Source: a virus (Duplodnaviria > Caudoviricetes). From it: a stretch of 64,000 bases of DNA. Position numbers and translations under genes: made by a program. The notes below the pieces were generated by a model. That model had not been told where the DNA came from. It made no database searches and saw only the letters and a list, made by a program, of their open reading frames with translations. Shown here one piece after another: positions 50,013 to 61,781 of this stretch (its first letter is position 1; each line of letters starts with the position of its first letter). Location: positions 1 through 64,000 of IMG/VR virus record IMGVR_UViG_3300032030_000047; one strand, written 5' to 3'.

Positions 50013-51089
50013 TTATGGAGTTGCGCTATTATCAGGTACAACTACCGTAGTTGGAGTTACAGTTAAAGTGGGTAAGGTTCCAAGATTAGTAATATTTGGT
50101 ATTGACCTAGCTTCGTGTGTTAAACTAGGTACTGTACTATTTACGAGCCGCAAAACGCCTTGATTTACAGTTGCGTTTGAAGCTGTGCCCGCATCCCAGT
50201 CGGTAATATCATCTGCTGTAATTGCGTCTCCAAGTTGCGGTAAAGCGCCTGGGTCCCATCCAGAAGAGCTACCGACGCTAGCTGTACTAGACTTTAACGC
50301 ATAACTACCCTCATCACCTAGTAAAATCCAGTAAGAACTTGCGGCATTGTTACCTTTAGAATATACATATTCCTTAGCTCCTACTAATAATACATCGCCA
50401 GCAGCATAGTTCTCATAACTTGTTTGTGCATCAGGTAAAATTGGATGTCCTTCTCCATCTTGCACAGGAGTCTCTCCAATAAAGTGCATTGGTGTAGTTA
50501 AATCCTATAAGCCTTGCGCGATGTTATCTACATAGCTCTTTGTTGCTGCGCCCATCGCGGCAGTAGGATTACCATCTAGTATAACCGGGCCAGTAAATGT
50601 TCCACCGCTTTTTGGCATTGCTTCATCTGCTTTCTGCCCTTGCGCGGCAGTAGCAAATGCATTTGTATTCTAATATGCGGCAGAGCCTAGCCCATGTACT
50701 GCGGCTTCTTGTCCAGCAATTCTTACCGTACCATCTGTAACGCCATCTTGTACTAATATACTATGATTAGCATACCAATATGAATTATTGCCATCTTGTG
50801 CAAACGTAAAAGCAATAACATCATCTGGCGCGCAAACACAATTTCCTTGAACCGGATATGCGTTTGTAGTACCAACTTGTAAAGTAACATTAGAAGTAAC
50901 TAAATTACCATTTACAAAACGTACTTGAACTGTGATGCCATTCATAAGAGCATCAAAGTCTGGCAAGGTAACTACTTTTGCGGCGGTATTTGCCGGAATA
51001 TCCGCCCCACAGACACCATATAATGTAGAACCAACTAATATCTAGCTGCCAGACTCTCCAATCTATACTTTACCAATATAGCTTGCCAT
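50013..51089 (-). CDS. Tail-associated protein (358 aa, code 15)
   Basis: TLYGVC...AAKVV; fragments 50670-50966 and 50013-50489 in frame. Confidence 0.7.
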
Positions 51090-51092
51090 TTA

Positions 51093-51632
51093 TTATTCCT
51101 CCTTAGTAACATCTGTTACTACCGTCTCTTTCTTCCAAAGTAGTTCTGGAAGCATTCCATTAGTAATTTTAAAGACATTATTTTCTATCGTGGCTGTGGT
51201 TGTAATACCCGGTAGCCAACTTACTACACTTCCAATAGTTGTTTGCTTTACATCAAAATTAAAATTAGAAAGCTGCGTATATCCACTTGCCGCGGCATAG
51301 TGATATATTCGTTTGGTTGATAAGTCAACATATAACTTATCTTCAGAACCCGGTGACGGAAACGCTGCGAAGTTTTCCTTCTTAACAATTTCAGTCTCAT
51401 TCCCATTTAGGGTTCCGGCATCTATAAATGGGAGATTTACTACATTGGTACTCCCATCTCCAACCTTCAAACGAGAAAAAGGGTGAGTTGCGTCTGCACT
51501 ATAGACGATCAACTCACCCTAAAGCGGTACGAAACCCGCAGACCCGTCCCTAGGACCGGCCTTATTCCAATTGGCTTCGGTATCGCTTTTCAACCGAATT
51601 CTCGTCTTTATAGTGTTATTTGCTGTTGCCAT
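51093..51632 (-). CDS. Mtd_N/hyaluronidase-N-like tail protein (179 aa, code 15)
   Basis: RIRLKSDTEANW...PL(Q)GELIVY...LKVGDG...LPF. Confidence 0.75.
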
Positions 51633-51664
51633 ATAAAGACCTCCTTGCTATCATTCCAAGCAAG

Positions 51665-53425
51665 TTAAATAACTTCTGTGCTGCTGCCGCAGTCAAATAC
51701 TATGTATGTATCTTGAGTTTGCTCTAAATCTGCTACATCACCAGTGACAGAAATTCGAGCAAGGTCTAATTTTTTTCCTATCTAGGTTACTTCTTGAATA
51801 CCACCATGTCCATCAGGGACAATCGCTCCTTCAAGCACATCTAGGTTTAATGCGGCCTAATCAAGAGTAATTTTAACCTATTTATTCGCATTAGGAATCT
51901 ATTCATTTCCGTTAATAAATATCTATTCTATTTTATTAATATGTTCAGTATGTGGGTCAGAAGTAAGTGTAATTACCTTATTGTCATCAGGTGTAACTTC
52001 TTCACCATCTAGAATAATGCGTTCAATTTTATTAACTTGCGCTTCTGCTTCGATGCCGGCTAATTTGCTTTGTGCATCATCAGTAAACTCTGATATCTAT
52101 AAATTAACGCTATTCGGTAAATTGTCTATAGTAGTAGGTCGAACTTCTTCACCATTTTTTAAAATATGTTCAATAGTGTTGCGCTATGCGCCCTCTTCTA
52201 TATTATCTAATTTTGATTTTAATTCATCGGTAAAATCATTAGATGTAAGAGTTTTTCCTTCAACCTTATCTACTTTTTCATCAAAACTTTCGGCCAAATG
52301 GGCAATTTTACTTTGAGCAATATCTGCATCTGGATCAATATCAGCATCACGAATACTGCCTTTAACTGCATAACTACCCTCATCGCCGAGCAATCGCCAC
52401 ATTGCTCCTGTCCAAACATATTCTTTAGATTCAGATAAAATAACATCGCCAGGCTAAGCCTGCGAAAATACATATCCTCCAATACGTGGGTCTAATCCAC
52501 TATTAGGAGTAATAGCAACGGTTGCCTCACCAATAAAGTGCATTGCGCCGGTAAGTCCAGCAGTTAAACCGTCTACATATTGTTTAATAACTCTATTTGG
52601 AACAAGCGCATTATTATTAGCTATAGAGTCAGCAATTGGTAGAGTGTAAATTGGTTCTGTCCCATTACCAACTAACACCTGATCCGCGGGCAAACTATTT
52701 TTTCCAGTACCGCCCTGTTCTACCGAAGCAACGCCACTCAAATCTTCAAACGCAGGCTAAGCTCGTTCAACTGTAACAATACCATTTTCTTCTGTTACTG
52801 CAGTAACAAACTAATGCGTGCGTGCGGCATCAGTATTATTCAACCGATTAATAAAATATTGAATTTGTTCATAAGTTCTATTAATAAGAGTAGGATAATC
52901 TTCTAAATTAGAACGTCCAATCCAATTTACGATTGTAGTTAAATCAGTTAAATCAATAAAAGTACTAGTGTCAATTATCCAAGGAGACTCCTCATTATTT
53001 TCCTTATAACGTAAATACCATTTATCAATATTTTCTCCTGTGCCACGCACAAGTTGATAAATACGTGGAGCAATATTAACTTCTACGTCTCCGCTAACTA
53101 GGTTTTCTACAAAACTTTGAAGTCCTTGAATTTCTTGAGCTGTATATGTTGGTTTGCTTTCTTGTTTCGCCCAATTAAACACATCTGCAGCAATTGCTTG
53201 TACCCATGGTAATTCATGAAAATAATGCTATCCATCACCAATTTTTATTCCAATTGCTGGCGGAGTATTCTCTGGCATACTATTTGAAAGCTAATCAATA
53301 ACTCTATTACGAGGAAAGGCGCAAATAGCGGCTTCACCTAATAATAAAATCACATCGCTGTTCATCCATTGGCTATATGTACCATAGCGTAATCGTATTT
53401 TCGTTTCAAGTACATTTTCCGCCAT
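51665..53425 (-). CDS. Mtd_N-like tail protein (586 aa, code 15)
   Basis: RLRYGT..W...GE...KIGDG...LPW; VASVEQGGTG; fragments in frame. Confidence 0.75.
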
Positions 53426-53439
53426 TGCCTTTCACCTCC

Positions 53440-54165
53440 TTATGCTGTACCCCCATAGATAACTAATGTGTCCCCAGTTGGTACATATAATTTGGAGGTT
53501 GAAACTTGATTGAATGTCATAAAACCAGTATTCTAAACTATAACGTAATCCTAATCTGTCATTACGTTCCCTTCATTATCTAGCGGAGCAGACTTAACAC
53601 CACCTAAACGTATATTGGTTGCGACCTCTAATGTGAAAGTACCGGAACCATCACCGGTTGCACCTACTATATCCCAAACGCCGTTGATAATCATATATTC
53701 ATCATAATGACTACCATCGGTAGAAAGCATCATATATAATGTATTCTCATCCGCTTCTGCGGCCGCGGGCAACTCAGTAACAACTTCACGCTTTAAGTGA
53801 TTGGCCGCAAGAATTTGTTCATCTACATATTGTTTATTAACAGCGTCTGTTGGCTCAACAGGCGGATTGGTAATTGTTAAATGTTCGATTGCATCTCCCG
53901 CAATAGCAGAAATAACTTCTAAATTTTCTGTAAATTCATCGCTAAATGTCAATGAACCGTCTGACATTAGTTTGAAATAACGTGTATCTAATTTATTTAG
54001 GTAGGGTAAATGCGCCCAATCACGAACGCCGTCACCTATCTTTATTAGAAAAGTATCAGACTCAAGCCCGTACTCACCAGCGGCAAGTACGGGATTTCTC
54101 GTAGTCCAATCGGCGGCTTCGTCATGCCTAATTTGTAAAGTAACTTTTACTGTATTAGTTGCCAT
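53440..54165 (-). CDS. Mtd_N-like tail protein (241 aa, code 15)
   Basis: QIRHDEAADWTTRNPVLAAGEYGLESDT...KIGDG. Confidence 0.8.
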
Positions 54166-54635
54166 TAGGCTTCGCCTCCATTCAAAATTGTATTCGTAAT
54201 CAACATAGCATTTACGGGAATATATTCTCCATCCCAATAATATAAGATTTTATTATCAAGGTCAAAATATAACATATCCTCCGTTCCAACAGAAGGAAAA
54301 TTATCAAAAGTTTCAAATAGAATTTCTTGTCTGTTAGTTTCAAGATAGGTGCCAAAATATTTGTAGAACTCTTCGCGCGTGCCTTTGTAGCCGCTATTAG
54401 CCGCAAAGTTGAATAGCCAATCACCCATAATGGCAAGATTTTGCATCTCCCATGGATAGATAGAGCTAATTGCGGAAGGATTCGGGAATGGCGGCATTAC
54501 GCTGCCGCTATCATTATTATTACCCCAAGGATATAAAACTGCTAAGCCTCCGGCGCGAGGATGCAGTGGCATTATTGTTGGCTCGTATTCCAATAATAAA
54601 TCCCGGGTTCGATGCCGTGTATCTATATATCTCAT
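54165..54635 (-). CDS. Hypothetical structural protein
   Basis: ORF track; LYFDL...YYWDG..Y. Confidence 0.65.
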   Translation of the reverse strand: MRYIDTRHRTRDLLLEYEPTIMPLHPRAGGLAVLYPWGNNNDSGSVMPPFPNPSAISSIYPWEMQNLAIMGDWLFNFAANSGYKGTREEFYKYFGTYLETNRQEILFETFDNFPSVGTEDMLYFDLDNKILYYWDGEYIPVNAMLITNTILNGGEA

Positions 54636-55009
54636 GCGAACTCCCTAATTTCACAGATAGGAAGACTAAAAGCAGAGTAATAGGAATCAATAGATGCGCC
54701 ATTGGTTGGAATTGTTTTAGGATCGGATGTATCGGCGCCATCTGCATATACGGGTGTTTTATAAATCTTAACATCCCATTCATACCTATTACTTGGTTCT
54801 ATTTCTAGTGTATCCTCATGTTCAAAAGGAATGTTGAGTTCTTCCTCTGTGATTGGATATTGTCTTTGATAAATTACTTCCTTCTTTAGTGGATCATAGA
54901 TAGAGAAGACCGCTATATCTCCTTGCTCTGTCCCAGGAAGTAAAGGTAGAGTAAAAGTCCCCGTATCGCCGCGAGGAATGATTAAGCGTCGCTATATTAC
55001 TCTAATCAT
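54632..55009 (-). CDS. Hypothetical structural protein (125 aa, code 15)
   Basis: MIRVI(Q)RRLIIPRGDTGTF; TGA overlaps the next ATG. Confidence 0.7.
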
Positions 55010-55021
55010 ACTACCACCGCC

Positions 55022-55558
55022 TTATTTATATTTCTTATGTAAAGCTTCTGAACATTTGAGTATTGCTCCAATGTCATAGCCTAGTGTTTCAAACTTTATC
55101 CATTTCTTTTGTGCCCATTCTAATTCTTCATCTACATCGCAGATAAAGCATTCTACAAGCATTGCAGCCGCAACTTCACCAATAGAACATAATTCCTAAT
55201 ACATAGACTAATATAAAACTTTAGTTTCTTTTTCCCAATTTACCCATTTTGTAATTAAGTCTTTTACTGAATTACGCTTGGTGGCTACGTCTACCTCTGG
55301 CGTGGCATGTTTAAACCAATTTTCTGGTATAATTTTGGGCTGATTTAGTTCTTCTAATTTAATTAGCTTATGAAAATGAGTTGCGTAATAGTGTGAAAGT
55401 TTACGATAATTTTTGGTTTCACAGATATGATGATAATCATGGCATTTAGCAAAGCCATAAAAGCCCAAGAAATCATATGCTTTTGCCATATCATCATGAT
55501 ACATTATTCCTTCTACCATATGAGAAGCAAGTTTATTAAAGATTTCTTCTACTGTCAT
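55022..55558 (-). CDS. Helical (ferritin-like) hypothetical protein (178 aa, code 15)
   Basis: H...G.M.H...WE..T..LY; extends through two TAG. Confidence 0.65.
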
Positions 55559-55769
55559 GATAACTCCTCCAGCCGCTATAAAATAGCATCAATTTTCTTA
55601 TCCTAGTTTTCTAGGTGAGATTGTATCTCACCTAGAACGTTATTTAACTAGGAATTAAAATGTTCTTCAATTTCTTGTTTATCAGTTTGTTTAGTATTTT
55701 CATTTAAGTTTTGGAGGCTAATAAGAAAATCAAGAACATTTATTGTATCTACAAAGTTCTAATTCCACA

Positions 55770-56183
55770 TTAACGAATCTGGGTTACAACTACATTAATA
55801 TGAGCATCTGTAAGTGCGGTTTCACCATTTAAAAACTGGAGGGTAGTTGGACTAGTGAGACAGTTACAGTTGCAGTTATTTTCAAGTACACGTACAAAAG
55901 TTTTAAAACCAAATGTGCGAGTGTCAGTTACTGCGGCAGGAACAAACGTTGTAATCGCCTGTGGCTGAGCTACATTATTTACATAAAGCTGTACAGTTAC
56001 TTCAGTCGCGGCATCTGGAGTAGCAAAACCATCCATTTCTACTAGGTAAATACCACGTTTATTAAGTTGAATGGTGCTAGGAGCACTTAGGCTTTCGCCG
56101 CATCCCTTGTCTACGACTACGTTATTGAATACGAATGGGGCATTAGCTTCTACTGCTAAATTGCTAGAATAAGTTTGTAACAT
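55770..56183 (-). CDS. BclA-C/C1q-like beta-sandwich protein
   Basis: GIYLV...Y.N...PQA; start MLQTYS after GGAGG. Confidence 0.65.
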   Translation of the reverse strand: MLQTYSSNLAVEANAPFVFNNVVVDKGCGESLSAPSTIQLNKRGIYLVEMDGFATPDAATEVTVQLYVNNVAQPQAITTFVPAAVTDTRTFGFKTFVRVLENNCNCNCLTSPTTLQFLNGETALTDAHINVVVTQIR

Positions 56184-56271
56184 TTCTATTACCTCCGTAT
56201 AATAAAAAATAAGGGCGTACATAAGTACGCCCATTAGCTTATATGTTATGGTGTACTGAATACACTCTTAA

Positions 56272-56907
56272 TTACATATTGCATCCTCCACAGAATGGAG
56301 AATTACCGGCATTGTATGTCCATCCCTGAGGATAACGAACAACACCATTTAGCTGATTCTGGAGTTCTAGCTGGTTGATACGATTCTGCATCGCTTCCAT
56401 CTTGTCGTCCTTAATCATGTCTTTTAGTCCCTGAATCTGAGCTGTGAAGTTAGCATTAGTCGCAGCATCGCGCATTGCAGCATCATAATTGCTCTGCATG
56501 ATAGCTTGTTTTGTTTCGCAGCAACACTCGTTGAAGCGAGCAAGTTGATTAGCCTGACCAATAGCTAGGCCAGCGATATCACGCTGTAGCTCATTGTACT
56601 TGTCAGATAGGCCATTCATTAGGTCATGATATACCTGATTAGTAGTTGCTATGGACTGAGAAGCACCATAATTAATAGCCTGCATTAGGTCACGATTTTG
56701 ATCCTGTAGATCATTGAAGTTGAACCCATTCTGTACAAAGTCTTGGGTTGCATACTGTGGACGATAGCCACCGCCAAATCCAAAGCCACCGTTCATCATA
56801 GCGAGGATAGCGAAAAGCCAAATCATTCCGCCCCAACCATTTCCGCCCATGCCATCGTTGTTGAGTAGGGCGACATCAGAAGCACTAAGTCCGTTTTCTC
56901 CCATCAT
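56272..56907 (-). CDS. Gln/Asn/Gly-rich conserved phage hypothetical protein
   Basis: WIWLF-like segment, CCCET, ELQNQL. Confidence 0.75.
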   Translation of the reverse strand: MMGENGLSASDVALLNNDGMGGNGWGGMIWLFAILAMMNGGFGFGGGYRPQYATQDFVQNGFNFNDLQDQNRDLMQAINYGASQSIATTNQVYHDLMNGLSDKYNELQRDIAGLAIGQANQLARFNECCCETKQAIMQSNYDAAMRDAATNANFTAQIQGLKDMIKDDKMEAMQNRINQLELQNQLNGVVRYPQGWTYNAGNSPFCGGCNM

Positions 56908-57087
56908 AATCTGCCTCCTTTTAAAAATATTTTTGTAAAGTACTATGATATAAAGGAAGAGATTGGATTACTCCAATCATATGATAGGTGATAATGAAAC
57001 GACTAAACTTTAAAAAAATCTGCGGGAGAGTAAAAAAAATAAGTACGAATTTTTAATTCGTACTTAGGAAAATTTAAAAATTTTAAA

Positions 57088-57626
57088 TTATGAATTAATA
57101 TTGGCTAATTTAAAAATTGTAAATTCATTATGACCCCCTGCTGAATAAATACTCATTGGAAAAGTAGAAGAATATGCTCCAGCCACTATTTTATCGCCTA
57201 CAGCACACTTATAAATTGCTGTAATACTAGTTGATTGATTTTGATTTACCATATTCATTTCTAACTATGCACCAGAAGAATTTAAGTGTGCCACTGCGGT
57301 TCTACCACTAGTCATAGAATTTGAATAATTTGTAAAATTCGCAATATAAATTCCCGCTTTAGTACAAACAAATTGACCATTTGACCAAGTAGCCCCAATG
57401 TTTATTTCTTCAGTGTTGAATGGAATCCAACCAGTAAAAGATACATCTCCATTTGCGTCATAGTGTACTCTTGAAAAGATTATTTCTTCAAGCGCACCAA
57501 TTCTATTGGTAGAAAAATCATTAAATTCATTTTGGGTTATCCCGCCCCCCCCTCTAAGAGACGAGCACTTTCTGCAAGAGCAGCATTAACTTGAGAACCT
57601 GTATAAGCTAAATTATATTCTCCCAT
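57088..57626 (-). pseudogene. C1q-like fibre gene split by a frameshift at a G8 tract (57545-57552)
   Basis: MGEYNLAYTGSQVNAAL stops at TAA 57537-57539; the downstream C1q-like frame has no start; one extra G gives 179 aa. Confidence 0.7.
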
Positions 57627-57711
57627 TTATTTTCCTCCTTAGTATTATGCAATACGTTCCCACATATATACCGCTAGATTGATAATTACTCATAATTGAT
57701 ACTTCCTTTGC

Positions 57712-58203
57712 TTAAGCCGTACGCTACCAAGCATACACTGCTAAATATGGAGGTAAAGAACTTTCCGTGCCAGTATTTCCGTGGGTATGCGCCGCCCCAC
57801 CTCCAGTATAACCAGTATATAATTGGTCCTAGGCTGGAGTCGTATCATTTGACGCAACAGCATTCGCTATATGTCCGCTAAAATTCTAATCATCTGTGCC
57901 CGAGTGCCGAGTAACTGAATTGTGTCTATGACTAGGTATCTCGTTAATCGTTAATGTATGTGCTTGAGTAGTATGACTATGTGTCGCATTGCCACCAATG
58001 CTTCCTGCTGTATATGTATCTCCGGCACACAGCAAAAACTAATCTCGAATTCTTTCCCATGTACCTCCAAATAATGAGGATGGATCTGTTGAAGCAACAC
58101 TAATATAAATTGCACCAACTGGATATATTAAATCAATTAAACTCTGTCTAGTTGTATATAAATCGTGCTATGCACCCGTATAAGCACTCTAATAATTCGC
58201 CAT
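57712..58203 (-). CDS. Baseplate/short tail-fibre protein (163 aa, code 15)
   Basis: YPVGAIYIS...P..LFGGTWE...FL...G...GG..TH...PPYLAVYAW(Q)RTA. Confidence 0.8.
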
Positions 58204-58285
58204 TGAATCACTTCCTATAAAAAGAATAAGAGGGACAAGAGTCCCTCTTATTTTAAAACATGAAGCTCTTGTATCTCGTCACAAG

Positions 58286-58573
58286 TCATGTATTTAACTG
58301 TTTAATAATTTGATTCAAATCCACTCCATTCGCTTGTGCCATTTGTCTAGCTACTCCTTCCAATCCATTCGGATTAGCCTTCATCATCTGAACAATCTGA
58401 GCAAACTATGGATTCTATTGTATCATTCCCATAAACGTTTGTTGAGGATTAGATGCCATTTTGAGTTGCTGCATCATTCCTTTAACTTGTTGTATAGAAT
58501 TATCAAGTGACTGTGTCTGCCCCAACTGTTGTGGTTGCTGACCGTTTCGCATTTGACTTATTAGACTTGGCAT
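58286..58573 (-). CDS. Gln/Met-rich hypothetical protein (95 aa, code 15)
   Basis: MIQ(Q)NP(Q)FAQ. Confidence 0.7.
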
Positions 58574-58916
58574 TTATCCATTCCTCCACTGCGGCTAAAC
58601 GGGCCGCTAAGTCATTAGTATCTACTTGCACTGGTGTTTGATGTGGCTTTACATCAAACCCCTGTACATTCTTATTTCCATTAGCATCTGTCCTAATCCA
58701 CCATATAATATCCTAATCTGCATCTGGCAAATAAATCTCGCTATTAGCGCCCATAGGGAATTGCCATGCGGCATTCTCGCCGTGAATTGGTGCCGCTGTA
58801 TACACAGGCAAACGCTGTTGCTACATAGGAAAATACGGATTATTATTATATGGAGTAAAAGATGCCCCGCCATTTACTAGTGGCTGCTAATTCTAAGTCT
58901 GAAAATAATTACTCAT
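58503..58916 (-). CDS. Hypothetical protein (137 aa, code 15)
   Basis: GENAAWQFPMGANSEIYLPDAD(Q)DILWWIRTD. Confidence 0.7.
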
Positions 58917-58917
58917 C

Positions 58918-59181
58918 TTAATCCTCCAATTGATCCAGTAGCGCCAAAACCTCTTTTAACTTAGTTTTTAGTTCAGATAAACTTGACTTTTGCGCCGGAT
59001 CATATAAAAACTTACTCATCATCCATCCCGTTTTACCATTTATCAATACTTTACTCCAGTCGTCTTCAGTTTCAAGTACATCGGCCGCTGTACCTTGCGG
59101 AATAGCAGTAATAATTCGCCCGCTAGGCTCTCTACGGAGCCTAACAGGGCCTGTATTGCCATCAACCTTCACTATTTTCAT
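58918..59181 (-). CDS. SH3b-domain protein
   Basis: VRLRREPS...WSKV..NGKTGWMMSKFL. Confidence 0.8.
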   Translation of the reverse strand: MKIVKVDGNTGPVRLRREPSGRIITAIPQGTAADVLETEDDWSKVLINGKTGWMMSKFLYDPAQKSSLSELKTKLKEVLALLDQLED

Positions 59182-59494
59182 GTTTGGATTCCTTCTCTTT
59201 GTTCATCTCAAAGACTTGCTCTTCAATAGCCGCGCTAACTACATCTTCATCAAAAGTTAAATGATACTTTGCGAGTAGCTGTTTTACTAAATCCATAGCA
59301 TACCTTTTCTTATCTTTACCAGTTGTAATAGTGATAATCTGCTCTGCGGCAGAAACCGCTACACGAGAGAACTGGCGCAGAAGCTAAAGTTGCTGCGGAG
59401 TCAGCTTAGCCATTAGCCAAGGGCGAACAAAACTTACATAGACGCCAATTAGGATAATAATTGCGCCAATTATAATTTGAGTAATGTTTGTCAT
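59162..59494 (-). CDS. LL-H-family-like holin (110 aa, one TAG)
   Basis: N-terminal TM helix; AV.AAEQ...GKDKK.YA...AIE..V..M. Confidence 0.75.
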
Positions 59495-59543
59495 TTCTCA
59501 TTTCCTCCTTTTTCTTTTATTATATCACATAAAATGTAAAAAG

Positions 59544-60251
59544 TCAAATATTAAGGAATTTCGTCATCATATAGCCTGTTTTACCCTGATAGGTAACTTT
59601 TGTCCATCCGGTATCTTCAAGCACCTAAACACGTTCGCCTTTATCTACACGCGTTAGAACATTCGCGCTGGCAGATGGCGCAGAACGTAATGCTACTTTT
59701 GTGGCATTTACTACAGCACTACCAGTTACAGGTGCTGGAGCTGGAGTTGGAGCAGGCATGTCCCCATACTCAACGCCCTTAAGTTCGCCCCACTCAGCCC
59801 ATTTAGAATGTGTAATTTCTGTAATAATTACACCCACTCTCGTACCAGAAGCCTCAATAACTTTGCCCTCACCAACATACAATCCTACATGAGAACGATC
59901 GTTGCCATTCTTTAGCACGAAAACTGCCGTACCAGGCTTCAATTCCTATCCATCAGAACGTTTCCCGTTTACTAACTTTCCCTACGCAACACAATACTTA
60001 TTCCACATTGTGTTACTGCCGTGATACATAAATCCTCCAAGTTGTTTAAATGCCCAAGTAAAAAGTCCGCTACAGTCCGCTACCATATGTCCGATCCAAC
60101 GAGAACCATATAATCTAGCAGTTTCACCTGTTGCTGCATCTTGCTTTGCTTGAGTCCATTTTTCTCCTGCTGTGCCAAGTATGTACCCCCATTTATTATT
60201 ATAGGCATACCAAAACTTATCAATAAGGTCAGCCGTTTTCACTGTCGCCAT
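59544..60251 (-). CDS. Endolysin, NlpC/P60-like catalytic domain plus SH3b (235 aa, 4 in-frame TAG)
   Basis: ADCSG catalytic Cys, SHVGLY His, VIEA; Pro/Ala linker; SH3b. Confidence 0.85.
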
Positions 60252-60582
60252 CTTCTTCACCTCCATCTTCTTCTTCTTCTTCGTTTAACTTATTAGTTAC
60301 CCGATTAATTATAGTTTTCAATCCACCTTTGTCAATCCAGTGAAGTAAAAACTTATCACTATAAAGATACTTCTCTCCTAAGCTATTAACCAAATATGTA
60401 GACACATTCGCCATCATAATTGTATCCATCCCAACAATTGAAGAAGCAAATGCTTCTGCGGCGGAAGGGACAATTGCGATAGCTACGAGCGCAGAGAACC
60501 GATAAATGGCCCAAACCCAACAAATAAATTTGCTAAGTTTCTTACTGTATTGTAGGGCCGCCGCAGCGACTTTGTTTGCCAT
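60229..60582 (-). CDS. Membrane protein, possible second holin
   Basis: Two hydrophobic segments, acidic tail, upstream of endolysin. Confidence 0.6.
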   Translation of the reverse strand: MANKVAAAALQYSKKLSKFICWVWAIYRFSALVAIAIVPSAAEAFASSIVGMDTIMMANVSTYLVNSLGEKYLYSDKFLLHWIDKGGLKTIINRVTNKLNEEEEEDGGEEDGDSENG

Positions 60583-60587
60583 TTAAA

Positions 60588-61004
60588 TCACCTCAGTCTA
60601 TAATGGGGTTTTTCTTCTCCAAACATTTTCCATCGTAGTACATCGTCCAAAACAATACAAGCAGAAGCAAGTATAAACCATATAATGCAGAAAGGTACGC
60701 TACATTGATGCCAGAAGAAAGATAAGCGTGAATAATGCCAGATATTAAGTTTTAATATAATATTAAGAATAATACCCGCAAATGCCTCACTAAAAATAGC
60801 AATACCCATACCAATTGTACACTACTGGAAGAATGGCATATCCCATTCTATTTTTTCATTAACGCCGCCAATTAGTACGCAAATTAATCCACCTAGGACA
60901 AACACTGTCCAATGTAATAGACCGTCTTTCCATATACATTCAAGTGCATAATAGATTGCGCCAAAGATTAAAAATAAAATAATATCTTTAAGAAACCGTT
61001 TCAT
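60588..61004 (-). CDS. Multi-TM membrane protein (CmpB/ABC-permease-like, code 15)
   Basis: HWTVFVLGGL...WDMPFFQ(Q)CTIG...G.ILN..L...IW.YS. Confidence 0.8.
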
Positions 61005-61731
61005 TTTCAATCACCCTTAATACTTCAGACTGATATTCGTCTGGAATTGGAGTTCCATAAGTAATTGCGGCAATTGCTTCTATTGTCTCAAGCGCATTGA
61101 TATATTTTTTAAGCGCATTATAATATGTTGTATGGTATACTCTATGCGCTGTTGCCGCAGAGACAATCTAATTAATTTCTTCTGCGGTAAAGAAAACACA
61201 ATCTTCCCCATCTGCATGATATGGGATTATATCTTGAGTTTGCGCCATAGCGCTTAAACTCATTAGGTTAAGCTGGTCTTGTGTAGTAAGAGAGAAATGA
61301 CGCGTTTCGCCATGTACATCTAAATCAATTCCTTCTTCAATCGCACGGCGGCAAGCCGCGGACATTTCTGCAATCTTATGCATGCGTACAAATGCGATTG
61401 ATTCTGCTTCTATTTCATCAGTTGACTCGGGTAAAGGTGGAATGTCATCTTCTTCTACCGGTAACTCTTCATCTTTTTCAATTGCATCCATATAGATTTG
61501 ATATTCTGATTCAGAAATCTCTATAACCTGTGCTTCAATATATGCCCTATCGGTTTTACAAGGCATCATCCAAGCGGCGCGGTAAGTAATTCCATCGTAT
61601 ACTACATATTCACCCTTTTTCTCATTGCAACGTAAATAACTATGGCCAAGCGTAGAATAACGAACAAAATTAGCTGAAGATACCGCGCCGATCATCTTAT
61701 TCTCAAAGGTCATTATCTTATAATATTTCAT
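60988..61731 (-). CDS. DUF4376-like protein (247 aa, code 15)
   Basis: HFSLT..DQLNL...YHADGE.C...YHTTY.N.LK.YI. Confidence 0.75.
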
Positions 61732-61750
61732 TAACAACACCTCAAAAAGA

Positions 61751-61775
61751 GGAGGTAGGAATAAATCCTACCTCC
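61751..61775 (-). terminator. Rho-independent terminator
   Basis: GGAGGTAGGA-TTTAT-TCCTACCTCC then TCTTTTT. Confidence 0.75.
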
Positions 61776-61781
61776 TATATA

